From the NCBI GenBank assembly GCA_965261345.1, contig OZ253449.1, positions 1,248,001 to 1,312,000 on the forward strand: 64,000 nt of DNA. Reading direction: 5' to 3'. Position numbers and translations under genes: made by a program. Positions 20,388-28,785 of the stretch are shown here, piece by piece. Position 1 is the first letter of the stretch; the number at the start of each line of letters is the position of its first letter. The notes beneath the pieces are model-generated. The model worked only from the letters and a program-made list of their open reading frames with translations. It was not told the origin of the DNA and ran no database searches. The DNA is from Chloroflexota bacterium (GTDB taxonomy: Bacteria; Chloroflexota; UBA11872; VXNJ01).

Positions 20388-20740
20388 GGCCGCGTTGCAG
20401 GGCTGCGGTCTATCTATTTGTATGGAACATGTAAGACCGCCGTACCCTGTCCCCCATTCGGCCCGGCCCGTCAATGTGCCTAAAAAAGGACACGACGGAA
20501 TCCGGCCAACGCTTTTTCTTTAAAAAGCGGCAGAGGGTTGACCAGTTAAAAAATGTCAACCAATCCTTGGGCTTGGCCAGATAGTCATTCAATCGGAAAA
20601 GAAAGCAAACCGGCCAAAGCAGCCCGATTCGTGCTCTTCAAGGCAAAGAAAGCAACAAAAAAAGTTCTGCCCCCGAGCATCGACCGATTTCGGCCGCTTA
20701 TTGAATTTTTTAAACTCCATTCATCTTTGAGAAGAGATCT

Positions 20741-23449
20741 TTGAACACCAATATTGGGTTGCCGCTGGGCGAAAACCAGCTGCAACTGGAAACCGGTGAT
20801 TTGGCGCTGCAGGCTGATGGCGCCATCCTGGTTTCGTACGGAGACGTACGCCTTCTTTGCACGGCTTGTATGAAAGACAGCCCGCGCGAAGGACTCGACT
20901 TTTTCCCGCTCACCTGCGACTTTGAGGAAAAATCCTATTCGGTCGGTCACATCCCGGGTTCGGTATTGCGCCGCGAGGGACGTCCTCCCGACAGCGCCAC
21001 ACTGACCGCGCGACTTACCGACCGCCCGCTGCGCCCGCTTTTTCCCAAAGGCATGCGCAACGACGTCCAGGTTATTAGCACCCTGCTGGCCTCGGACAAG
21101 GACATCGAAGCCGACGTGCTCGGCATCGTCGGCTGCAGTGCCGCCCTGCATATCTCGCGGATCCCCTTCAACGGGCCGATCGGCGCAGTGCGGATCGGCA
21201 TGGACGGCGATGATTTTGTGATCAACCCCACCCGTTCCTTCCTGGCCGCCAATCCGGCTCTGGACATGGTGGTGGCCTCCACCGCCAAGGGTGTGGTCAT
21301 GATCGAAGCCGGCGCCTCGCAGATTTCTGAAGCGGTCGTCGAACAGGCGATTGAGTTCGGTCACGAGCAAAACCTGAAGCTAATCGAGCTGCAGGAAGAA
21401 CTTCGCGATCGTTGCGGCGTGGAAAAATCCGAGCCGATCATCGTTGGCGTTTCCGACGACTTGATCGACGCGGTCGAGTCGCAGGTCGGTTCCGAACTGG
21501 CCGCGGCGGTCCAGATCACCGAGGGGCCCGACCGCTCCGAGGCGATCGCGACGGCCATGGCCAATGCCCAGGCGGCGCAGGCCGATTCCGGGCACGAGGC
21601 CGGCGACGTCAAGCAGGCGTTTGACCAGGCGCTAAAGGCCGCCACCCGGGCGGCGATCCTGGACCAGCAGTTGCGTCCCGATGGACGTTCGCCCCAGCAG
21701 TTGCGCGAGCTTTCGGCCAAGGTCGGAATTCTCCCGCGCGTACACGGATCAGGGCTGTTCCAGCGCGGTATGACTCAGTGCCTAAATGTCGTCACGCTGG
21801 GTAATGCCCGCTCGGTGCAGCGCATCGGATTGGACAACCTCGACTGGGAGGAATCCAAGCGCTACATGCACCACTACTACATGCCTCCGTACGCCTCGGG
21901 CGAGGCCTACCCGCTGCGTGGGCAGCGGCGGCGCGAAATTGGGCACGGCATCCTGGCCGAACGCGCAATTGCGCCGGTGTTGCCGAGCGAAGCGGAATTT
22001 CCCTACGTGATCCGCACCGTTTCCGAGATTCTCTCCTCCAACGGTTCGACCTCGATGGCTGCCACCAGCAGCTCTTCGCTGGCGCTGATGGACGCCGGGG
22101 TGCCGCTCAAGGCTCCGGTGACCGGAATCTCGATCGGGTTGATCTCGGATGGCGAAGGCCGCTATGAGATCCTCTCTGACATCCAAGGTGCCGAGGACCA
22201 CTTTGGCGACATGGACTTCAAGGTTGCTGGCTCCGCCAACGGGGTAACCGCAATCCAGCTGGACATCAAACTGGATCACATCCCGCTGTCGATCGTCGGA
22301 CCGGTCCTCGAGCAGGCGCGCGAGTGTCGCCAGGAAATCCTGGCAGTAATGAACGAGGCGCTGTCGACGCCGCGTGGTGACGTTAACGCCTGGGCTCCCA
22401 AGATCGTCATCCACAAGATCGACCCGTCCAAGATCGGTGAGGTCATCGGGCCCGGTGGCAAGGTGATTCGCAAGCTTGAAGAACTGACCGGGGCCTCAAT
22501 CGACATCGCCGAGGACGGCACCCTGACGGTGGCCGCGCCGCAGAAGGAGAAGGCCGCCCAGACGGTGGCCATGATCCGCGACATCATCGGCGACATCGAG
22601 ATCGGCCGGACCGTGAAGGGCTCAGTCGAGCGCATCCTGCCGTTTGGTGCTTTCATTGAATTTGCGCCTGGCAAGCAGGGCATGATCCATGTTTCCGAGC
22701 TGGCCGACTACCGGGTCGAACAGGTCGAGGACGAGGTTTCAGTGGGCGATATCGTCGAGGCCAAGGTAATCGAGGTCGATGACCTTGGTCGCATTAACCT
22801 CTCGCGCCGCGCGGTAATCCAGGGCGATGCCTACGAGGGTTACAAGCCGCGCCGCTCCGGCGGCGGACGACGTGATCGTGAAGGCGGCGACCGTGGTGGA
22901 TTCCGCGGTGGCGGACGACGCGATCGTGAAGGCGGCGACCGTGGTGGATTCCGCGGTGGCGGCGACCGTGGTGGATTCCGCGGTGGCGGCGACCGTGGTG
23001 GATTCCGCGGTGGCGGACGACGCGACCGTGATGGCGACAGTGGTGGATTCCGCGGTGGCGGACGACGCGACCGTGATGGCGACAGTGGTGGATTCCGCGG
23101 TGGCGGACGACGCGACCGTGATGGCGACAGTGGTGGATTCCGCGGTGGCGGACGACGCGACCGTGATGGCGACAGCGGCGGCGACCGTGGTGGATTCCGC
23201 GGTGGCGGACGACGCGACCGTGATGGCGACAGTGGCGGCGACCGTGGTGGATTCCGTGGTGGCGGCGACCGTGGTGGATTCCGCGGTGGCGGACGACGCG
23301 ACCGTGATGGCGACAGTGGTGGATTCCGCGGTGGCGGACGACGCGACCGTGATGGCGGCGACCGTGGCAAGGATCGCAATGATCACTCCGGATCGCCCGA
23401 GCGCAAGCCTGATCGCGACCGGCAGCCCGACTGGGAGTTTATGGATTGA
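20741..23449 (+). CDS. pnp: Polyribonucleotide nucleotidyltransferase with long RGG tail
   Basis: DFFPL, RREGRP, RRREIGHG, SNGSTSMA, DHFGDMDFKVAG, KH and S1 domains. Confidence 0.97.
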   Translation: MNTNIGLPLGENQLQLETGDLALQADGAILVSYGDVRLLCTACMKDSPREGLDFFPLTCDFEEKSYSVGHIPGSVLRREGRPPDSATLTARLTDRPLRPLFPKGMRNDVQVISTLLASDKDIEADVLGIVGCSAALHISRIPFNGPIGAVRIGMDGDDFVINPTRSFLAANPALDMVVASTAKGVVMIEAGASQISEAVVEQAIEFGHEQNLKLIELQEELRDRCGVEKSEPIIVGVSDDLIDAVESQVGSELAAAVQITEGPDRSEAIATAMANAQAAQADSGHEAGDVKQAFDQALKAATRAAILDQQLRPDGRSPQQLRELSAKVGILPRVHGSGLFQRGMTQCLNVVTLGNARSVQRIGLDNLDWEESKRYMHHYYMPPYASGEAYPLRGQRRREIGHGILAERAIAPVLPSEAEFPYVIRTVSEILSSNGSTSMAATSSSSLALMDAGVPLKAPVTGISIGLISDGEGRYEILSDIQGAEDHFGDMDFKVAGSANGVTAIQLDIKLDHIPLSIVGPVLEQARECRQEILAVMNEALSTPRGDVNAWAPKIVIHKIDPSKIGEVIGPGGKVIRKLEELTGASIDIAEDGTLTVAAPQKEKAAQTVAMIRDIIGDIEIGRTVKGSVERILPFGAFIEFAPGKQGMIHVSELADYRVEQVEDEVSVGDIVEAKVIEVDDLGRINLSRRAVIQGDAYEGYKPRRSGGGRRDREGGDRGGFRGGGRRDREGGDRGGFRGGGDRGGFRGGGDRGGFRGGGRRDRDGDSGGFRGGGRRDRDGDSGGFRGGGRRDRDGDSGGFRGGGRRDRDGDSGGDRGGFRGGGRRDRDGDSGGDRGGFRGGGDRGGFRGGGRRDRDGDSGGFRGGGRRDRDGGDRGKDRNDHSGSPERKPDRDRQPDWEFMD
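22859..23366 (+). repeat. In-frame tandem repeat (27- and 45-bp units and variants) encoding GGFRGGG/RRDRDGDS
   Basis: 11 copies of GGFRGGG counted in the pnp C-terminus; units nearly identical at DNA level. Confidence 0.95.
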
Positions 23450-24225
23450 TCAAAGTTGCGGTATCCGGGGCCGCCGGGCGCATGGGCCAGCAAGTGGCCG
23501 CAGCGACTCTGGAAGCTCCAGATACCGCACTGGTCGGTCTCTATGACTTGGCTCCGATCCCGGCCCAACTGGCGCCAGGGATCGGGGCCCCGGCGCGCGG
23601 CTCCGACCTTGACGGGGTTTTAAAAAACTCCGGAGCACAGGTGTTGGTGGACTTTACCAACGCCGCCGCCGGATCAGATCACCTGCACCGGGCAATTGAA
23701 CTGGGGGTCAGTCCGGTGGTGGGCACTACCGGGTTCGACCCAGAAACCATCGACCGGTTGGCCAACGCGGCCGACCAGACCGGAATCGGGGCCTTTCTGG
23801 CTCCGAACTTCGCCCTCGGGGCAGTCCTGCAAATGCAGATGTGCGAATTGGCGGCGCGCCATTTCAACACCGTCGAAATCATCGAACTCCATCACGATCA
23901 AAAGATCGACGCCCCTTCAGGGACCGCAATGGCCACGGCGGCCAAGATAGCTGCAGCGGCCGGTGGAGCCCGCGATGTTAGGACGGAAAAATTTGCCCTG
24001 GAAGGTGCCCGCGGCGGCAATTTCGAGGGCGTGAAGGTGCACTCGGTGCGCCTGCCCGGACTGGTCGCCCACCAGGAAGTTATCTTCGGCGGGCTGGGGC
24101 AGACCCTTACCCTGCGTCACGATTCAATCAGTCGTGAATCGTTCATGCCCGGCGTACTGTTGGCGGTCCGGCGGGTCAGAGGGCTTTCTGGCCTGGTTGT
24201 GGGGCTGGAGCACCTGCTTAACTAG
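23446..24225 (+). CDS. dapB: 4-hydroxy-tetrahydrodipicolinate reductase
   Basis: GAAGRMG, VVGTTG, APNF, ELHHDQKIDAPSGTA. Confidence 0.96.
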   Translation: MIKVAVSGAAGRMGQQVAAATLEAPDTALVGLYDLAPIPAQLAPGIGAPARGSDLDGVLKNSGAQVLVDFTNAAAGSDHLHRAIELGVSPVVGTTGFDPETIDRLANAADQTGIGAFLAPNFALGAVLQMQMCELAARHFNTVEIIELHHDQKIDAPSGTAMATAAKIAAAAGGARDVRTEKFALEGARGGNFEGVKVHSVRLPGLVAHQEVIFGGLGQTLTLRHDSISRESFMPGVLLAVRRVRGLSGLVVGLEHLLN

Positions 24226-24339
24226 CGGGCGCTTAAATGTTTTTCAACCACTGGTCTTACGTGCTATTGTTTGTCGGCGATCCGCGCCGTGGAGCGACGG
24301 AATTGCAGAACTCCAATCCATAGGTAGAAGTACAAGGCG

Positions 24340-25410
24340 ATGCAGCCAATTTCGGTAGCCGTGGTCGGGGCCACCGGCGCTGTCGGAACGGAACTGCTCT
24401 CCATCCTGGCCCAGCGCCAGTTCCCGATCGGCGAACTTTCGCTGCTGGCCAGCCCGCGCTCGGCCGGCAAGCAGATTGATTTTGCCGGGCGCCCGCTGAC
24501 CGTGCGGCCGCTGACTGACGATTCATTCGCGGGAATCGATTTAGTCTTTTCGGCCGCCGGATCCTCAGTCGCGCGGCAATTTGCACCGCATGCGGTCGCC
24601 GCCGGCGCCACCGTGATCGACAAGAGTTCGGCCTGGCGCTACGAGGACGATATTCCGCTGGTGGTCCCGGAGGTAAACGGTGACGACCTGGCTTCCCACC
24701 CAGGAATCATCGCCTGTCCCAACTGTTCGACGATCCAGATGGTGGTGGCGCTGGCCCCGATCGATCGGATTTTTCCGATTGAGCGGGTGGTGGTATCAAC
24801 CTACCAATCGGTAACCGGGGCGGGCGCGGCCGCGGCCGACGAGCTGTCGCGGCAGGTCCGCTCGATCGCCGCTGGGCAGTTGCCCGAAACGCGAATTCTG
24901 CCGGCGCAGATCGCCCTCAACGTGATCCCCGAAGTCGAGACCTTCCGCGCCCAGGACGGCTACACCGGCGAGGAGTGGAAGATGGCCGCCGAAACCCGCA
25001 AGATCATGAACCGCAGCGACCTTCGGATCTCGGCCACCTGCGTCCGGGTCGGGGTCGAGCGGGCCCATTCGGAGTCGGTCAACGTGGAATTTGAGGGGCC
25101 GATCGACGTCGACGAAATCCGCGAGCTGTTGGCCAACTCGGCCGGCATTCAAGTGGTCGATGCCCCGCTGGGCGACCAGCCGCGCTATCCCACCGCGCTC
25201 GATGCGGCCGGCAATGACTGGGTTTGGGTCGGGCGCATCCGCCGCGACGTCTCGATCGAACACGGGATCTGCCTCTGGGTGGTATCTGACAACCTGCGCA
25301 AAGGGGCGGCCACCAACTCGGTGCAGATCGCCGAACTGCTGCTGGAGCGCGGCTGGCTCAAGGGACGGGCTGCAGCCCGTCCCGGGATCTTGAACTTAGA
25401 ATCGGCCTAA
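24340..25410 (+). CDS. asd: Aspartate-semialdehyde dehydrogenase
   Basis: VVGATGAVG, PNCSTIQ, STYQSVTGAG, SDNLRKGAATN. Confidence 0.96.
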   Translation: MQPISVAVVGATGAVGTELLSILAQRQFPIGELSLLASPRSAGKQIDFAGRPLTVRPLTDDSFAGIDLVFSAAGSSVARQFAPHAVAAGATVIDKSSAWRYEDDIPLVVPEVNGDDLASHPGIIACPNCSTIQMVVALAPIDRIFPIERVVVSTYQSVTGAGAAAADELSRQVRSIAAGQLPETRILPAQIALNVIPEVETFRAQDGYTGEEWKMAAETRKIMNRSDLRISATCVRVGVERAHSESVNVEFEGPIDVDEIRELLANSAGIQVVDAPLGDQPRYPTALDAAGNDWVWVGRIRRDVSIEHGICLWVVSDNLRKGAATNSVQIAELLLERGWLKGRAAARPGILNLESA

Positions 25411-25447
25411 AAATCGACGATTTACGTTGGGTCTGGGGGAGTTGGAA

Positions 25448-26362
25448 GTGAAGTTGGAATTCGGGCGCCTGATTACTGCCATGATTACGCCGTTTGATGA
25501 TTCGGGGCGAGTCGACATCGATACTTTCGCGGCGCTGGCCGACGGTTTGATCGAGGCCGGGAACGACGCCCTGCTGGTCACCGGCACCACCGGTGAATCG
25601 CCGGTGCTTACCGAGGCCGAGCGGGCCGATCTCTACCGCGAGGCGGTCGGAGCGGCCAAGGGCCGGGCCAAGGTGATTGCCGGAACCGGCGGTTACAACA
25701 CTCAAGAGAGCATCGCGCTGTCGCAGATGGCGGCCGAATGCGGCGTGGACGGGCTGCTGCAGGTTGCCCCCTACTACAACAAGCCGCCGCAGGAAGGCCT
25801 CTACCAGCACTTTCGGGCAATCGCCGGGTGCACACCCCTGCCCAACATGATCTACAACGTGCCCTCGCGCACCGTGACCAACATCTCCCCCACCACGGTC
25901 GCGCGCTGTTCGCGGATCGAGAACATCTTTTCGGTCAAGGAAGCCAGCGGCGACCTGGACCAGATCTCTGAGATAATCCGCACCGCCGAGCCCGGATTCC
26001 TTGTCTATTCGGGCAACGACGGAGATACCCTGCCGATGATGGCGCTCGGCGCGGTCGGGGTGGTCTCGGTTGCCTCGCACCTGGTATCCGGGCAGATAAA
26101 GGCGATGATGGAAGCGGTGGTGGCCGGCGACCTGCCCGCGGCCGCGGCCCTGCACCTGGAGATGCTGCCGCTCGTTCGGGCGCTCTTCCCTCCCGGCTGG
26201 AGCAGTCCGATCGCGCTAAAATCGGCGCTCAATTCGGTCGGCTTCGGGGTTGGCGTCCCGCGCCTGCCGCTGGTCGAGCACGATGTCTCCCTGGCCGCCG
26301 AGCTGGCCTTAACCACCCGCAGCCAGCGACTGGACCAGTACCTGTTCGCACGGGTCGGCTGA
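25448..26362 (+). CDS. dapA: 4-hydroxy-tetrahydrodipicolinate synthase
   Basis: TAMITPF, GTTGES, PYYNKP, YNVPSRT, VKEASG; start approximate. Confidence 0.95.
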   Translation: MKLEFGRLITAMITPFDDSGRVDIDTFAALADGLIEAGNDALLVTGTTGESPVLTEAERADLYREAVGAAKGRAKVIAGTGGYNTQESIALSQMAAECGVDGLLQVAPYYNKPPQEGLYQHFRAIAGCTPLPNMIYNVPSRTVTNISPTTVARCSRIENIFSVKEASGDLDQISEIIRTAEPGFLVYSGNDGDTLPMMALGAVGVVSVASHLVSGQIKAMMEAVVAGDLPAAAALHLEMLPLVRALFPPGWSSPIALKSALNSVGFGVGVPRLPLVEHDVSLAAELALTTRSQRLDQYLFARVG

Positions 26363-26363
26363 T

Positions 26364-26996
26364 CTGCCGGGACCCGAAGTCGGCCGGTCGATTGATGAGC
26401 TCGCCGACGCAATAAGGGCCTGCACCGATTGCGGCCTCTGCGCCGGTCGCCGGCAGGCGGTGCCGGGCGAGGGCAATCCAGATGCGCAGATCATGTTCAT
26501 CGGCGAAGGCCCGGGGGCCCGCGAGGACGAGTCGGGTCGACCATTCGTCGGACCGTCCGGCCGGTTTCTGGGTGAGATGCTCACCAGCATCGGGCTTGAC
26601 CGCTCTGACGTATTTATCACCAACGTGGTCAAGTGCCGCCCGCCGGGCAACCGCGATCCGCTGCCGGAGGAAATTAGCGCCTGCTCGCACTGGCTCAAGG
26701 AGCAGATTAAGGTCATCGCCCCAAAGGTTGTAATCTTGCTGGGCCGGCATGCCTTGCAACGTTTTTTGCCCGGGCGACGGATTTCTGCCGAACACGGCAG
26801 CATCCACCCATTCGGATCGATCAGCGCGATGCCGATGTATCACCCGGCGGCGGCCTTGCACAACCCGCGGTTGCGCCAGGACTGCCTTGCCGATTTTCAG
26901 AGGTTGGCCAGTTTTCTGGCCGCGCCGCCGCCCGCCCCGACACCAGGCCCAGTCGAGCCTGACCCCAGCCCGCCCGTACAGAGATCGCTTTTCTAA
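26364..26996 (+). CDS. Uracil-DNA glycosylase family 4
   Basis: CTDC..C Fe-S region, IGEGPG, NVVKCRPPGNRDP, YHPAA; start codon uncertain (CTG 26364 or ATT 26391). Confidence 0.9.
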   Translation: MPGPEVGRSIDELADAIRACTDCGLCAGRRQAVPGEGNPDAQIMFIGEGPGAREDESGRPFVGPSGRFLGEMLTSIGLDRSDVFITNVVKCRPPGNRDPLPEEISACSHWLKEQIKVIAPKVVILLGRHALQRFLPGRRISAEHGSIHPFGSISAMPMYHPAAALHNPRLRQDCLADFQRLASFLAAPPPAPTPGPVEPDPSPPVQRSLF

Positions 26997-27081
26997 AACA
27001 CCGCGAGCTAAAGCGGCCGCCGCCCCGACTCGGCAGCCGACCCAACCCACTTTTGATTCATCTAGTTACAAGGTCTGTAAT

Positions 27082-28749
27082 TTGAAATCCAATCCGAAAT
27101 CACTCCGCGCCACTTTTCTAGGGGGCCTGGGCGATGTCGGTCGCAACTGTCTGCTGCTCGAATGCGGCAACGACGCCATCCTGGTCGATTGCGGCGTACT
27201 ATTTCCCGATGATCGGGTCAGCGGGGTCGATGTCATCCTGCCCGACTTTTCGCTGCTGGAGCCATACGCTGATAAGCTGCGCGGGGTCATCTTCACCCAC
27301 GGCCACGAGGACCACATCGGGGCCGCCCCGTACCTGTTGGCTAAATACGACCTGCCGCTTTATGGCTCGCCGTTGACGCTCTCCTTCCTGCGCGAGCGAC
27401 TCGAGCAGAAAGGCCTGGCAAGCAAGGCCGACCTGCGGCGGCTGCGCGAGCGCCGGACCACCCAGCTGGGCTGCTTTGACATCACCCCGTTCCATGTCTG
27501 CCATTCAATTCCCGACGCGATGGGTTTTGCGATCGGCACCCCGGTCGGCACCCTTATCCACACCGGCGATTACATGATCGACAACCAGCCGATCGACGGC
27601 CAACCGACCGACCTGCAGATGCTCGGGGCGCTGGGGGCAGAGGGCGTGCTGGCCCTGTTTGCCGATTCAACCAACGCCGACACGCCGGGGCACACTCCCT
27701 CGCAGCAGACGGTATACGACGGTCTCGCCCAAGTGTTTGCGCAGGCCGACTATGGGCGGGTCATCGTGGCCAGCTTTTCCTCGAACCTGACCCGGGTCCA
27801 GCAGATCGCTGACCTGGCCGGGAACCACGGGCGCCGGGTCTGCGTGCTGGGACGATCGTTGGAGCGCAATCTGCCACTGGCCTCGGAGCTGGCCCTGCTC
27901 GACATCGAGCCGGGCGACCTGATCCCGACAAAGCTGATCGACCAGATCCCGCACGAAGAGCTGGCGATCGTTTGCACCGGCAGCCAGGGGGAGCCCGGTT
28001 CGGCGCTCTCGCGCCTGGCCGATGGTCGCCACCCGCTGTTGGAAATAGATGAGGGCGACACGGTGGTGATTTCGGCCTCGGCAATCCCCGGCAACGAGCG
28101 TACGGTGCAGCGGATGATCGGGAAGCTCTTCCGCCGCGGCGCCAACGTGGTATTTGGAAAACTCGGTCACGTGCACGTGAGCGGACACCCGGCCCGTGAG
28201 GACACCCGCGCCCTGCTGTCGGTTGTGCGCCCGCAATTTTTCGTGCCGGTCCATGGCAGTCACCACCATCTGGCCTTGCAGGCCCAGGTGGCGATTGAAT
28301 CGGGAATGTCGCGGGAGGCGGTGCTGGTCGCCGCCGATGGCGATGTGGTCGATATCTCAGCTGATTCGATCGAATTGGTAGAGCATCGATCCTGCCCCCA
28401 CATCTATGTGAATCGTGGCGCCGCTCCGGGCGTGGAGCTAAGCGAACCCTGCCTGCGGCAGCGGCAGCAGCTGGCCAACGCCGGGGTCGTGGCGGTACAC
28501 GCCCAGATCGACCTGAGCTGCGGCCAGCTGGTCGGTCGCCCGCAGCTGGTCTCGCACGGGCTAATGGGCGGGGCCGAGCGGAAGATGTCCAAGCTTGCCG
28601 GCCGGCTCGGCCAGCTGCTGTCGGGCGATCGCCGGGAATTGCCCAACCTTGATGCGGCGAATGCAAAAGTTAAGATGGTTGTAGGGAGGCAAATAAAAGC
28701 CGAAACAGGCTTGCGGCCAACGATCCTGGCGATCGTTACCGCGGCTTGA
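27082..28749 (+). CDS. rnj: Ribonuclease J
   Basis: LGGLGDVGRN, THGHEDHIG, HSIPD, TGSQGEP, HVSGH; start at TTG 27082. Confidence 0.94.
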   Translation: MKSNPKSLRATFLGGLGDVGRNCLLLECGNDAILVDCGVLFPDDRVSGVDVILPDFSLLEPYADKLRGVIFTHGHEDHIGAAPYLLAKYDLPLYGSPLTLSFLRERLEQKGLASKADLRRLRERRTTQLGCFDITPFHVCHSIPDAMGFAIGTPVGTLIHTGDYMIDNQPIDGQPTDLQMLGALGAEGVLALFADSTNADTPGHTPSQQTVYDGLAQVFAQADYGRVIVASFSSNLTRVQQIADLAGNHGRRVCVLGRSLERNLPLASELALLDIEPGDLIPTKLIDQIPHEELAIVCTGSQGEPGSALSRLADGRHPLLEIDEGDTVVISASAIPGNERTVQRMIGKLFRRGANVVFGKLGHVHVSGHPAREDTRALLSVVRPQFFVPVHGSHHHLALQAQVAIESGMSREAVLVAADGDVVDISADSIELVEHRSCPHIYVNRGAAPGVELSEPCLRQRQQLANAGVVAVHAQIDLSCGQLVGRPQLVSHGLMGGAERKMSKLAGRLGQLLSGDRRELPNLDAANAKVKMVVGRQIKAETGLRPTILAIVTAA

Positions 28750-28785
28750 TGCGGCCCACCGGAACGCGTTAACCGGAGCTTTCCC

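Noticed and set aside
22739-23546. Ala/Thr/Val-rich and Pro/Arg-rich repeat ORFs; CRISPR-like periodicity
   Set aside because: Alternate frames of the pnp tail; there are no unique spacers and no cas genes
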